A DNA stretch of 63,955 bases, counting the filler, from a bacterium (GTDB lineage: Bacteria; JBBIVP01): the NCBI GenBank assembly GCA_037439705.1. It is 6 parts of 6 records of this genome, joined end to end, with 100 filler letters (N's around TTAATTAATTAA, not from the genome) between each part and the next. Parts side by side here need not be neighbours in the genome. Positions count along the whole stretch, not along the records: positions 1 to 12,574 come from JBBIVP010000046.1; positions 12,675 to 25,102 come from JBBIVP010000047.1; 4 more parts are not named here. One strand, given 5' to 3'. The translations under genes and the position numbers were made by a program. How positions within the stretch are numbered: the stretch's first letter is position 1; every line of letters begins with the position of its first letter. The notes beneath the pieces are model-generated. The model was not told the DNA's origin, did not search any database, and saw nothing but the letters and a program-made list of their open reading frames with translations. This document shows positions 9,895 to 20,249 of this stretch, one piece after another.

Positions 9895-12306
9895 TTAGTA
9901 TTCAAGAAGAGTGTTGATTCTTTTTACCTCTATTTTGTCAATTATCTTTTCCTGGGGTAAACCAAGAAGGGTGGAAATGAATTGATACGGGTTTATGGTT
10001 TTTTGTGAAATCACATTCAAGAAGACCTTTATGGAATTGTTTTCCACAGAAAGTTCGGAAAAGAAATTTTTTAAATTTTGAGACGAAATGAAGAGGTTTA
10101 TTTTTTCCTTGAGTTTTTTTTCTTCAAATAATCCGTCAAGGATTTTGTAATAATATACAAACCCCTTTGTGGAAGAGTATATTGATGGAAGGTTTAATGG
10201 GATTTCCTGAATGCCTGTAACTTTTATTCCAGGGGGTAATTGGGAGTTCAGTTTGTTAAGAAAACTGGAATGAAAGGAGCCGTAAATTTCAATGTCTACA
10301 TATTCTTCTTCGCTTTCCACTCCGACAGGCGGGGGAAATCCAAACGAAATTCGTGGCATGGGATGAAATCCTTTTGAGAAAACGATAGGAATTTCAGCCC
10401 TTCTTACCGCTCTATGAATGGCGCTTATAAATTCCTTGTGGCTCAAGAATCTGGCAATTTCCTTTTTTGTGAATTTTCCCCTTATTCTTGTAATCCATGT
10501 TCCCTTTCCTGCTTTAGGGGTTCCAGCTGTTCTTATGTACACAGGTTCAGCCTTGGGTCTGGGCATAATGGTTTCAAAGTCACACACTCCGCATTCATAA
10601 CATTTTCCTTTGAAACAATCTTCGGTAGTCTCTTCAGAGAGGGCCTTTTTTCGTTCTTCTATTAAAATTTCTTTTTCAACGAGTGTTGACAGGTGCTCCC
10701 ATGGGAGGGGCTCTTCTATTTTTCTTTCTCTCAAATAATTTTCGGGATCCACTCCACAGATTTCAAATGCCCTTTCCCAGGCTTCTCTTTTGAAATACTC
10801 ATTCCATCCATCTAACCTTGCTCCAAGTTCGTGCGCCCTTTCAATAACAGGGGATAGACCTTTATCTCCTCGTGCGAGTACTCCCTCAATATAGGAAAGG
10901 GTAGGGTGATGATACTTTACCTCAACCTCTCTCATTTTTACGGCTTTTTTGAGATGATGTAATATTTCTTCAGCAGATTTTAAATCAATCTGTTTTTCCC
11001 ATTGAAAAGGTGTGTGGGGTTTGGGAACAAATGTTGATATATTGATGGATATATTTAATTTCTTTGTAATTTTTTTTCCGGTTTTAACTATTTCTCTTAT
11101 TAGATTTATAATTTCTTCCCTGTCTTTATCGGTTTCAGTTGGGAGACCTATCATGAAGTAAAATTTGAGATGTGTCCATCCATTTGAGAGGATTGTTTCC
11201 ACATCTTTTATCAGCTCGGAATTGGAAAACTCTTTATTTATTACTTTTCTTAATTTTTCTGTTCCTGCTTCCGGAGCGAGAGTTATACCGGTTCTCATAA
11301 CCCTTGATATGTTCCTCAATACCTCGGAGGATAGGGTTCCGACCCTTAAAGACGGGAGTGAAAGAGAAATTTTCTTTTCGGATATTATTTCCATGAGTCC
11401 TGATATGAGTTCATTTATTCTTGTATAATCGCACGTGCTCAGTGAAAGAAGGGATATTTCTTCGTATCCAGTATTTTTTAAAACCTCTTCTGCTATTTTT
11501 ATAACTTCCTGAGGCGACCTTTCACGAGTGGGTCTTGAGATAAAACCAGCGAGACAGAATCTGCAACCTTTTGTGCATCCCCTTGCTATTTCAATTGTTG
11601 CTCTATCATGGACTGTATTTGTAAATGGAACAACAGGTTTTAAAGGAAGTGGTGCCAGGTTGAGTTCTGAAACGATTCTTTTCTCTATCTTTCCTTTTGA
11701 GAATCCTGGCACATACATTCCCTTTATCTCTGACAGTCCTTTGAGAATGTTTTCTCTTTTTAATGATTTTTCTTTTCCTTCCTTTATGACTTTACTTATT
11801 TCAATAACTCCTTCTTCTCCTTCTCCAAGAAAGAAGGCATCAAAAAATGGTTCCAGGGGTAAAGGATTGAAGCAGGCAGGTCCTCCTCCTATTATTATTG
11901 GGAGACCTTTTCTGTCTTCTGAATGAATCGGTATTGATGATAATTTCAGGACCGTAAGAATGTTCGTGTAATTCAATTCGGTGGTAATAGAGAATCCGAT
12001 TATGTCAAATTCGGAAAGCCTTCTTCCACTTTCCAGTGATGTTATTTCAATTCCTTTCCTTCTCATATATTCTTCTGCATCCAGAAAAGGAACAAAAACT
12101 CTTTCGGCAGAAATCCACGGAACGGAGTTCAACGCATAATAAAGTATCTGAATTCCAAGTGATGACATTCCTACTTCATAGAGATCTGGGAAAACAAGAA
12201 CCCATTTTACTCCATTTTCAACTTCTTTTCTGACGGCGTTTATTTCATTATTTATATATCTTGAGGGCTTCTGAAAAAGGAGAAGTTTTAAATTTTTTTC
12301 ATTCAT
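9895..12306 (-). CDS. TIGR03960-type radical SAM protein fused to a DUF2344 (TIGR03936-like) domain
   Basis: FPDLYEVGMS, GCTKGCRFC, FVPKPHTPFQW; C-terminal FLSH...FHPMPRISFG. Confidence 0.9.
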   Translation of the reverse strand: MNEKNLKLLLFQKPSRYINNEINAVRKEVENGVKWVLVFPDLYEVGMSSLGIQILYYALNSVPWISAERVFVPFLDAEEYMRRKGIEITSLESGRRLSEFDIIGFSITTELNYTNILTVLKLSSIPIHSEDRKGLPIIIGGGPACFNPLPLEPFFDAFFLGEGEEGVIEISKVIKEGKEKSLKRENILKGLSEIKGMYVPGFSKGKIEKRIVSELNLAPLPLKPVVPFTNTVHDRATIEIARGCTKGCRFCLAGFISRPTRERSPQEVIKIAEEVLKNTGYEEISLLSLSTCDYTRINELISGLMEIISEKKISLSLPSLRVGTLSSEVLRNISRVMRTGITLAPEAGTEKLRKVINKEFSNSELIKDVETILSNGWTHLKFYFMIGLPTETDKDREEIINLIREIVKTGKKITKKLNISINISTFVPKPHTPFQWEKQIDLKSAEEILHHLKKAVKMREVEVKYHHPTLSYIEGVLARGDKGLSPVIERAHELGARLDGWNEYFKREAWERAFEICGVDPENYLRERKIEEPLPWEHLSTLVEKEILIEERKKALSEETTEDCFKGKCYECGVCDFETIMPRPKAEPVYIRTAGTPKAGKGTWITRIRGKFTKKEIARFLSHKEFISAIHRAVRRAEIPIVFSKGFHPMPRISFGFPPPVGVESEEEYVDIEIYGSFHSSFLNKLNSQLPPGIKVTGIQEIPLNLPSIYSSTKGFVYYYKILDGLFEEKKLKEKINLFISSQNLKNFFSELSVENNSIKVFLNVISQKTINPYQFISTLLGLPQEKIIDKIEVKRINTLLEY

Positions 12307-12574
12307 CTTTTTTTCTCCTTTCTTACCTCATGGGTTTTGGCAACAAAAACTCTGTGTGATTTGTTAGTGTCCTTAAGTCTCAGAAATGCTACAACTCCTT
12401 TTTTTCCCTTTATGTTTCCTTCTATTTCTTTTAATCCTTTAATGTCTTTAAGAAACTTTTCTGCATCAGGATATCTTTCATCAGGATTTTTTGCAACGGC
12501 TCTCGAAATTACAAAATCCCATCCTTTCATAATTTCCTTTCTTATAAGTGATGGTGGAGGAGGAACTTCTGTTT
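12303..12574 (-). CDS. C-terminal fragment of a Ser/Thr protein kinase (cut by contig edge)
   Basis: PPPSLIR...DFVISRAVAKNPDERY resembles kinase subdomain XI. Confidence 0.65.
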
Positions 12575-12674
12575 NNNNNNNNNNNNNNNNNNNNNNNNNN
12601 NNNNNNNNNNNNNNNNNNTTAATTAATTAANNNNNNNNNNNNNNNNNNNNNNNNNNNNNNNNNNNNNNNNNNNN
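12575..12674. other. Artificial contig spacer
   Basis: 44 N + TTAATTAATTAA (stops in all six frames) + 44 N. Confidence 0.98.
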
Positions 12675-13308
12675 ACAATTGGAGGAATTTCTTGGAAAAT
12701 TATCAAAAGGATTCAATGGCGAGGGAAACCAGGGAGAACTTTATCACCTCAATGAACTTAACGGATTTCTTCTTGCCTTTGGATTAGACCAGATACAGGA
12801 CATAATAGCAATTGACCCTCTCGCATTCTTTTACGGTCCCTTCAACAAGGATAAAAAATCCTATCCTGATCCTCCTCAACCAAAACCCCTGAGGAAAATT
12901 GTCCCCTACTGGTATTATGATAGATTTGAAAAAAAAGTAGTTCTTGCAATTGAAGGTGAGGTCAAGGAATCGTTGGGGATTTATACCTATTACCTCTCAA
13001 GCGGAGATGTTCCACATTTCCCGGCAGAAGATATTGCCTTTGAAAATAAGAAAATCAATATATTCCTTCTGCCAGATTGTGTTGAGGTTCCAAATTATCA
13101 ACCCGATTATGTGACATTATTTTACATGGCTTTTCAGGATCCAACATTCAATGGAGCATTGTTTGTCAATCTTTCTCCAATAAAATCTTATATCTGCGAT
13201 TCCTCACCAAAACCCTACTACCAGGAATTTGCTCCACCCGACCTTTATGCGGTTAATAAAGTTCTTGCATTTTTATTTATGAAATACGGAAAAATCATTC
13301 CGCATTAA
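12675..13308 (+). CDS. Hypothetical protein, 5'-truncated
   Basis: Open from contig edge; stop lies 1 nt before the next ATG. Confidence 0.65.
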
Positions 13309-13309
13309 A

Positions 13310-14143
13310 ATGGCTGAAGCCCCTTCATACAAAAAATTAAAAATTAAAAGCAGAGAAATTACTCTGAATGTTGAATTTTATGAACATCCAGAGCCAAAAG
13401 CCACAATAATTTTTCTCCCGGGAACAGGTTGTTCAGCATCATTCTATCATCCTTTTCTTCAAGAACTTTCCTGGAATGGATACACAATAGCAGGACTTGA
13501 CCCGAGGGGACACGGATTAAGCACAGGAGAAAGAGGCGATTGGAGCGTGGAAGAGGTTATTGAAGATATAAGAATAGTTAAAAAAAATCTTCCAGAAAGA
13601 GTTCCTATTGGAATAATGGGTTCAAGTCAGGGAGGATTTCTCGCCCTCTATGCAACCCATGAGATTGAAGGATTATCATTTGGAATATGCCATAATGGTG
13701 GGTATCTTTCTGAGTTATTTTTGACAAGGACATTTTTATTGAAAATTTTCAAAAAACTGGCTCTGAAATTTCCATCTTTGAAAGTTCCACATTTCCATGT
13801 GAAGTGGAGGTTTGTATTTGAGGATAGAAAAAAATTAAAATGGCTTTTTAAAAACCCAATTTTTGTGAGTAGGTATTCGTTAAGAGCCCTTCACTCACTT
13901 TTTACTTATTCTCCTAAAAATCCTCCAAAATGCCCTTTGCTTTTAATAACCGGGGAAAAGGAATATGTAGTTCCAAATTTTGTTTTAAAAATGGTAAAAA
14001 AGAAATGGAATGCTCTAATAACATATAAAGAAATTAAAGGGGCGGGACACATGCTACTTCTGGAATGGAATGACGAGACAATAAAAATAATAAACGAGTG
14101 GTTAGAAAAAGAACTTTTAAACATTAAAATTTACAATAAGTAA
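13310..14143 (+). CDS. Alpha/beta hydrolase (lysophospholipase-like)
   Basis: DPRGHGLS, GSSQGG, GAGH. Confidence 0.85.
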   Translation: MAEAPSYKKLKIKSREITLNVEFYEHPEPKATIIFLPGTGCSASFYHPFLQELSWNGYTIAGLDPRGHGLSTGERGDWSVEEVIEDIRIVKKNLPERVPIGIMGSSQGGFLALYATHEIEGLSFGICHNGGYLSELFLTRTFLLKIFKKLALKFPSLKVPHFHVKWRFVFEDRKKLKWLFKNPIFVSRYSLRALHSLFTYSPKNPPKCPLLLITGEKEYVVPNFVLKMVKKKWNALITYKEIKGAGHMLLLEWNDETIKIINEWLEKELLNIKIYNK

Positions 14144-14274
14144 TCAAAATTAATTTTGTGTACAATTTTTGTAATTTTTTCATCAATTGTTGAATTTATG
14201 ACACGTTTGGTTTTTTCCTTGACTACAAATAAAGATTATTTTATGGAATAAAAGTTGTAAAAGAATGGACGGAT

Positions 14275-15210
14275 ATGAAGAATATAGAAATAAAAGGAAA
14301 AGGAATTCTTATCATTGACGACCAGCCGGAGGTCAGGAGATGGGTGATTGAAATCCTTAAAGAAAAAGGTTTATTTACCAAATTTTACGAAGCGGGTGAT
14401 GGAATGGAGGGATTTAAAATTCTAAACTCCCACGACGAGATTGATTTAATTATATGCGATCTAATTATGGAAAAATTTGACGGAATAAAATTTCTAACCC
14501 TTCTTACAAATACTCCAAAGAAGAAAGATATCCCCATAATAATGCTTACATCAATTGATAAAATTGAAGACAAGGTAAAAGCCCTTGAATCAGGAGCCCA
14601 GGATTACATAACAAAACCCATTGACCCAAGAGAACTGGTAGCAAGGGTAAAGATTCATCTAAAACTCAAACTTACTCAGGACTATCTGAATGAAATAAAC
14701 AAAACCCTTGAGCATCTCTCTCGTTCTGACCCACTTACAGGTGTTTACAACAGGAGGGTTCTTTTAGAAAGCCTTGAAGCGGAGTTTGAAAGGGCAAAAA
14801 GGTATTCTCTTAAATTTTCCATTCTTCTGATGGACATAGACAATTTTAAAGAGGTTAACGATAAATTTGGTCATATTTATGGAGATAAGGTTTTGAAACA
14901 ATTGGCACAGGTTTTAAGGGAAGAATTGAGAAGGCAGGATATCCTGGGAAGATATGGAGGTGATGAATTTCTAATAATCCTTCCAGAAACCGATAGCACA
15001 GGAGCGGGCATGGTGGGTGAAAGGTGTAGAAAAGCTATATACAGTGGAATAAACTTTGCTGATGAAAAATATCACCTTACTATAAGTATAGGTATTGTTT
15101 CCTATCCGAATCCTAAAATTATAACCGCTGAAGATATGATAAGGCTTGCGGATACAGCATTATACGAAGCAAAGGCAAGGGGAAAGAACAAGGTTGTAAT
15201 AGGAAAGTAA
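14275..15210 (+). CDS. Response-regulator diguanylate cyclase (REC-GGDEF)
   Basis: REC (IIDD...CD...KP), DPLTG, RRQD I-site, GGDEF. Confidence 0.93.
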   Translation: MKNIEIKGKGILIIDDQPEVRRWVIEILKEKGLFTKFYEAGDGMEGFKILNSHDEIDLIICDLIMEKFDGIKFLTLLTNTPKKKDIPIIMLTSIDKIEDKVKALESGAQDYITKPIDPRELVARVKIHLKLKLTQDYLNEINKTLEHLSRSDPLTGVYNRRVLLESLEAEFERAKRYSLKFSILLMDIDNFKEVNDKFGHIYGDKVLKQLAQVLREELRRQDILGRYGGDEFLIILPETDSTGAGMVGERCRKAIYSGINFADEKYHLTISIGIVSYPNPKIITAEDMIRLADTALYEAKARGKNKVVIGK

Positions 15211-15277
15211 AAAAATTTAAGCAAAAACTTCAATAAAAAATAAAAGAAGATATTATTTAAAAAAAAGAGAGGTAAGA

Positions 15278-16570
15278 ATGAATGTAAATGTAGGAATAAT
15301 AGGTTTTGGAAATGTTGGTCAGGGAACAGTAAGGGCTTTGCTGAAAAACAGAAGTTTGATAAAGAAGAAGACAGGTGTGAAAATAAATCTGAAAGCAATA
15401 GCGGATATAAGAATAGATAAACTCCCCACAGGAGGGCTTAATAATGTGAAGCTGACGAAATCCGCAGATGAAATTATTGAGGACAGCGAAATCCAGATAG
15501 TTGCTGAGCTTATAGGAGGAATAAATCCTGCAAAGGAGTACATAATAAGGGCGCTGAAAAAGGGTAAGAGGGTGGTCACTGCCAATAAGGCTGTTCTTGC
15601 TACCTCATGGGATGAGATTCAAAAAGCCTGTAGAGAAGGAAAAACAGAGATAAAGTACGAAGCATCAGCAGGAGGTATAATCCCTGTGATAGAAGCGATA
15701 GAAAAAAGCCTCATAGCAGATAGAATAACAAAAATTTATGGTGTTCTTAACGGAACCACAAATTATATTCTTTCAAACATGGAGGAAAAGGGGAAGCCCT
15801 TTGAAGTCCTTCTCAAAGAAGCTCAGAAAAAAGGATATGCTGAAGCAAATCCGAAATCGGACATCTCTGGTGAAGATTCCGCATTTAAGATATTCATCTT
15901 GACACTCATTTCTGGAATAGATGCAGATTTCAAAAGGGTTTATTATGAAGGAATTGACAGAATTATGCCTGTGGATTTCAAGTATGCCCACTCGCTCGGT
16001 TATACGATAAAACTCGTTGCAGTTTCCGATTCTTCAGATGGAAAACTGGATATATTTGTGCGTCCAATGCTTGTTCCCCTTACACATCCCCTTGCCACTA
16101 TAAAGGGGAGTTTAAACAAAGTTATAATAAGGGGAAAAAATTCGGGAGAAACGGTTTATGAAGGAAAAGGAGCAGGAGGAATTCCAACAGGTGTTGCGGT
16201 AGCATCAAATATTGTTTCCCTTGCAATAGATTTCGTTTCAAAAGGAAAAGAGGTTTATCCCTTGAAAAAAGTTTCCCAGAAATTCCCTTTTAAAAAGGAA
16301 AAGGAAAGGGTTTTCAGATGGTTCATAAGGTTCGTTGTGAAGGAAGGGGTGGGCATAATTCATAAACTCAGCGGTTGCCTTTCAAGGCATGGGATAAGCA
16401 TAAAGGCAATCCATCAGGAGGAGGTCCCAGAATCTCTCTATTCAAAATTACCTTTTGTGATAACAGTTCACAAAACCCCTGAGCCAATTATCAAAAAGGC
16501 AATAAAGGAGATGAAAAATTTTCCATTTTTAGTTCTCCCTCCCCTCCTCATTCCATTCCTTGAACCTTAA
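15278..16570 (+). CDS. hom: Homoserine dehydrogenase with ACT domain
   Basis: GFGNVG, VVTANK, NGTTNYIL, GYAEANP, GKGAG. Confidence 0.93.
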   Translation: MNVNVGIIGFGNVGQGTVRALLKNRSLIKKKTGVKINLKAIADIRIDKLPTGGLNNVKLTKSADEIIEDSEIQIVAELIGGINPAKEYIIRALKKGKRVVTANKAVLATSWDEIQKACREGKTEIKYEASAGGIIPVIEAIEKSLIADRITKIYGVLNGTTNYILSNMEEKGKPFEVLLKEAQKKGYAEANPKSDISGEDSAFKIFILTLISGIDADFKRVYYEGIDRIMPVDFKYAHSLGYTIKLVAVSDSSDGKLDIFVRPMLVPLTHPLATIKGSLNKVIIRGKNSGETVYEGKGAGGIPTGVAVASNIVSLAIDFVSKGKEVYPLKKVSQKFPFKKEKERVFRWFIRFVVKEGVGIIHKLSGCLSRHGISIKAIHQEEVPESLYSKLPFVITVHKTPEPIIKKAIKEMKNFPFLVLPPLLIPFLEP

Positions 16571-17224
16571 CTACAGTCCCTCACAGGTAGCTACATCATT
16601 TTCTATAATGCAATAATATTCCCCTTTGCTATCTTTTATTGTGATCTCTCCATATCCATTAGAATAATAACCTTTTACTGCGAAGGTTTCTCCATTGACC
16701 TCAACAACATACCAGAAATCAGTTCCGTCAAAGTAATAGGCAACATCAACAGGTACATCACAAACTAAACCGCTGAAAGTAAATGCCATTTCTCCACCCA
16801 TAAGAGAACCCATCCATATCGCTCCATCACCGTCTACTGCACATTCTTCATCAAATGCGCAATTGTTGTAAGAGTATTCCATTGTGCAATCATTCTGGCA
16901 TTGCGAGTCAATTTTCACAGAGAAATTTCCTGAAACAGGGCAATCACATTTAGCAGAATTTTCAGATACATCGCAGCAGATACCACCGGAGCAATATTCT
17001 GTCTGTGGCGAGAGCCCTGATATAGATGGTATACTTTCCTCAGCATTCAAAAGGGTTAGGAATTCGTTTATCACATCATCCACATTATCCTGTGTGAGGG
17101 TTCCTGTTGGGTTCTTAGCAATTTCCGCTACATCTTTGGGGTCTGTTTTAATACCACCACCTCCACCACCGCCACATCCGATGAGTACTATCAGTCCTAC
17201 CGTCAGCAACACCTTTTTCTTCAT
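16571..17224 (-). CDS. Cys-rich acidic lipoprotein, hypothetical
   Basis: Lipobox LIGC, poly-Gly linker, 12 further Cys; SD AAGGAGGTG. Confidence 0.8.
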   Translation of the reverse strand: MKKKVLLTVGLIVLIGCGGGGGGGIKTDPKDVAEIAKNPTGTLTQDNVDDVINEFLTLLNAEESIPSISGLSPQTEYCSGGICCDVSENSAKCDCPVSGNFSVKIDSQCQNDCTMEYSYNNCAFDEECAVDGDGAIWMGSLMGGEMAFTFSGLVCDVPVDVAYYFDGTDFWYVVEVNGETFAVKGYYSNGYGEITIKDSKGEYYCIIENDVATCEGL

Positions 17225-17251
17225 AAAACACCTCCTTGATTTATTTCTGTC

Positions 17252-17279
17252 AGAGTACTCCCCTCATTTTTAATGTCAA
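17252..17279 (-). promoter_or_regulatory. Putative sigma70 promoter of the lipoprotein gene
   Basis: TTGACA-16 nt-TACTCT. Confidence 0.5.
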
Positions 17280-17299
17280 GCAAAATCTAAATTCTCCCC

Positions 17300-17896
17300 T
17301 TATCTTCCATATACCTTTTTACAGACCTCTTCAACCTGTTTTTTAGTAAATGAAAGGTCAGAGGAATTGTCAATTATATAATCCGCAAGTGCTTTTTTTT
17401 CTTCTATTGACATCTGGGCTTTTATTCTTTTTTCGCATTCTTCCTTTGTTAATCCATCCCTTTTCATAAGCCTTTCTATCTGAATTTCCTTCGGGACATA
17501 AACGAGAATCACAGGACGAAGCCAGTTGTGAACCCCCGTTTCAAAGAGAAGTGGAATATCAAGAAGGACATCAATTTCACGTGAAATAGCTCTCTCAATC
17601 TCTTTCATCATTCTTTCCCTTACAAAGGGATGAACAATGGAATTCAATTTTTGCAATTTTTCCGGTGAAGAAAAGACTGTTTCTCCGAGTTTTTTTCTGT
17701 CTATTTCTCCATCTTCTCTGAAAATATTCTCCCCGAATTCCTCTTTTATCATTTCCCATGCGGGCATTCCTTTTTTGACTACCTCTTTTGCTATTAAATC
17801 TGCATCTATCACATATATGCCCTTTTCTTTGAAAAAATTCGCTACCGTTGTTTTACCTGTTGCTATTCCTCCTGTGAGACACGCTAACTTTGGCAA
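17300..17896 (-). CDS. coaE: Dephospho-CoA kinase
   Basis: LTGGIATGKT, IDAD, DIPLLFE. Confidence 0.95.
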   Translation of the reverse strand: MPKLACLTGGIATGKTTVANFFKEKGIYVIDADLIAKEVVKKGMPAWEMIKEEFGENIFREDGEIDRKKLGETVFSSPEKLQKLNSIVHPFVRERMMKEIERAISREIDVLLDIPLLFETGVHNWLRPVILVYVPKEIQIERLMKRDGLTKEECEKRIKAQMSIEEKKALADYIIDNSSDLSFTKKQVEEVCKKVYGR

Positions 17897-17904
17897 CCCT
17901 CCAC

Positions 17905-19146
17905 CTATTTATTTTCAGTCCTTTCCTTGTTCCTTTCAATAAAAAGTCCTTTCCATATATTCCAGCTTTTCAGATATCCTAATGCTGAACGAACCATTGG
18001 ATCGGAGGATGGGTCAAACTTATTTTTCTCTAACTCAGGCTCTTCTTCCCCTTCTTCAGCTGTTTCTTCTTTTTTTGGAGTTTCAAAAGGAATGTCCGGC
18101 ATCAGTCCGTTGTCCTGAATCTGATAGTTTGATGGGGTATAATAAAGAGCGGTTGTGAGCCTCAGTCCCGAACTGTCAGATAATCTGTAAATCGTTTGGA
18201 CAGAACCCTTACCAAATGTCTTCTCACCTATCAATACTGCTCTTTTATTGTCCTTCAAGGAAGATGCAACAATTTCAGAAGCAGAAGCACTTCCTCTATT
18301 GACCAGAACAATCATGGGAAAATCTGTCCAGCCGTACGGGTCAGCCTGAAATTCCATAAATGAAGAGGCTGTCCTTCCCTTAGTATAAACGATAAGACCT
18401 TCTTTAAGAAATAGGTCGCTAACCTTAACTGCCTCTGAGAGAAGTCCTCCCGGATTGTTTCTCAGGTCAAGGATAAGTCCGTTTATTTCTCCCTTTTTGT
18501 AATACTTCTCTATGGCCCTTTTGACCTCTCCTGATGTATCCTCCTGAAAACTCTTTATTTTAAGATATAGGTACCCATCTCCAAGGTCTGCATCCTTTAC
18601 GCTCTTTATTTTTATGATGTCTCTAACAATCGTTACATCAAAGGGTTTCTGAACCCCTTCTCTCCATATTGTAAGAGTAACCTTCGTTCCCTTTGGTCCC
18701 CTCAGCCTCTTTACTGCTTCCATAAGGGAGAGGTCTTTTGTGGGTTCTCCATCAATCTTTAAAATTCTGTCTCCTGATTTTAATCCTGCTCTGTAGGCAG
18801 GTGTATCCTCTATTGGAGCAACTATTGTAAGATAGGAATCCTTTATCGTGATTTCTATTCCAAGCCCTCCGAATTCTCCCGTTGTTTCAACCTCAAGTTC
18901 TTTATACATTTCAGGGGTTAAAAATGAAGAATAAGGGTCAAGGGATAGTGCCATACCTTTTATTGCTCCGTAGATAATATCCTTATCTTCTACCTCCTTT
19001 ACATAATTGTCCTTTACAAGTTTCAATGCTTCTGAAAAAATTGCGAGCTGGGAATAGATGTTCTGTGATGAGCACATACTATCTTTCAAGACGCCGACCC
19101 CGAGCCCTGCAAAAAAGGCAAGTAAAACAATCACCCCTTTTTTCAT
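17905..19146 (-). CDS. ctpA: S41 carboxyl-terminal processing protease
   Basis: PDZ domain, DLRNNPGG, SASASE, FGKGSVQ. Confidence 0.93.
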   Translation of the reverse strand: MKKGVIVLLAFFAGLGVGVLKDSMCSSQNIYSQLAIFSEALKLVKDNYVKEVEDKDIIYGAIKGMALSLDPYSSFLTPEMYKELEVETTGEFGGLGIEITIKDSYLTIVAPIEDTPAYRAGLKSGDRILKIDGEPTKDLSLMEAVKRLRGPKGTKVTLTIWREGVQKPFDVTIVRDIIKIKSVKDADLGDGYLYLKIKSFQEDTSGEVKRAIEKYYKKGEINGLILDLRNNPGGLLSEAVKVSDLFLKEGLIVYTKGRTASSFMEFQADPYGWTDFPMIVLVNRGSASASEIVASSLKDNKRAVLIGEKTFGKGSVQTIYRLSDSSGLRLTTALYYTPSNYQIQDNGLMPDIPFETPKKEETAEEGEEEPELEKNKFDPSSDPMVRSALGYLKSWNIWKGLFIERNKERTENK

Positions 19147-20249
19147 TGGTATCCTCCTTTTAAGTTTTTGTATATTTCGTTCAAATCCATTTTCTTCTTG
19201 CTATATCTTATCTCAAAATAAAGTCCAATTCCATAGATGCTTCCTGTATCTCCCACCTTTCCTATTTCGTCTCCAGAAAGGACGAAATCATCTTTAGATA
19301 CCAATATCTCGTCCAGAAGGGCGTATATGGAATAATAACCTTCTTGTTGAATCACAACAGAATTTCCGTATCCAGAAAGCCAACAAGCATNNNNNNNNNN
19401 NNNNNNNNNNNNNNNNNNNNNNNNNNNNNNNNNNNNNNNNNNNNNNNNNNNNNNNNNNNNNNNNNNNNNNNNNNNNNNGTATCCAGTAAGCCATCCAGCA
19501 TAAACCACCTTGCCTGTTCTCACCGCTATCACCTCTGTGCCTTTAGGAGACTCTATGAACCAGCCTCCATCAACCTCTTTTGTTCCAATTATCTTGGATG
19601 CTGGAATGGGATAGAGAAACTGGGGGGTCTCCACGAGTTTTATTTCTTCCGATAATTCTCCAAGTTTTTCCTCTATCCTTTTTCTGTATGCATTTCTCAC
19701 GCTTTCTTCGTTTCTTAACATTCTCAACACTTCTGCTCTCTTTGTTAATGCTGAAAGGGACATCAGTTTTATATATTCCTTTTCGTCTTTTAGCTCAGTT
19801 ATTTCCTTAAGTAGCCTGCTTGTTTCTTCCTCCATTTTATCAAGAAAAATTTTCGTCTCGTTATAGGCAGTGAAAATCTCGCCAATTTTTTTTGTCCCTT
19901 TCATTCCCATATTTTCTATTATTTTCAAAACCTCATACCTCTCCATATCCAGAGGAAATATTCTGTTTGAAGAAATGTGAAATAAAATAAAGGTTTTTAA
20001 AGAATCTCTAAGGAAGCTCTCCGCCTGTGATATGATTTCCTCCAGAAATTCGCTAAAAATTGAAAATGATTCTCCTGTTTCTCTCAAGAATACCTCTTCT
20101 TTTTCAATTTCTTCTATTGACTTTCTCATCCCGTATATTGCAAACTCAAAATTGTCAATTTCCCTTACCGTTTGTTCAATTCTTTTTTCCATATTCTCCG
20201 CCCTCAAGAAAATTGGGAAAAGAAGAAAAATTGCAAGCATAAGTTTCAT
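19143..20249 (-). CDS. EnvC-like coiled-coil/M23 protein (spans assembly gap)
   Basis: Signal peptide, coiled coil, degenerate M23 domain (GKVGDTG...LYFEIR), downstream of ftsEX. Confidence 0.8.
   Translation of the reverse strand: MKLMLAIFLLFPIFLRAENMEKRIEQTVREIDNFEFAIYGMRKSIEEIEKEEVFLRETGESFSIFSEFLEEIISQAESFLRDSLKTFILFHISSNRIFPLDMERYEVLKIIENMGMKGTKKIGEIFTAYNETKIFLDKMEEETSRLLKEITELKDEKEYIKLMSLSALTKRAEVLRMLRNEESVRNAYRKRIEEKLGELSEEIKLVETPQFLYPIPASKIIGTKEVDGGWFIESPKGTEVIAVRTGKVVYAGWLTGYXXXXXXXXXXXXXXXXXXXXXXXXXXXXXXACWLSGYGNSVVIQQEGYYSIYALLDEILVSKDDFVLSGDEIGKVGDTGSIYGIGLYFEIRYSKKKMDLNEIYKNLKGGYQ

Noticed and set aside
19368..19501. Apparent duplication AGWLTGY / ACWLSGY in the EnvC-like gene
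   Set aside because: The same 23 bp with 3 mismatches flank an 88-N gap, consistent with overlapping low-quality scaffold ends.
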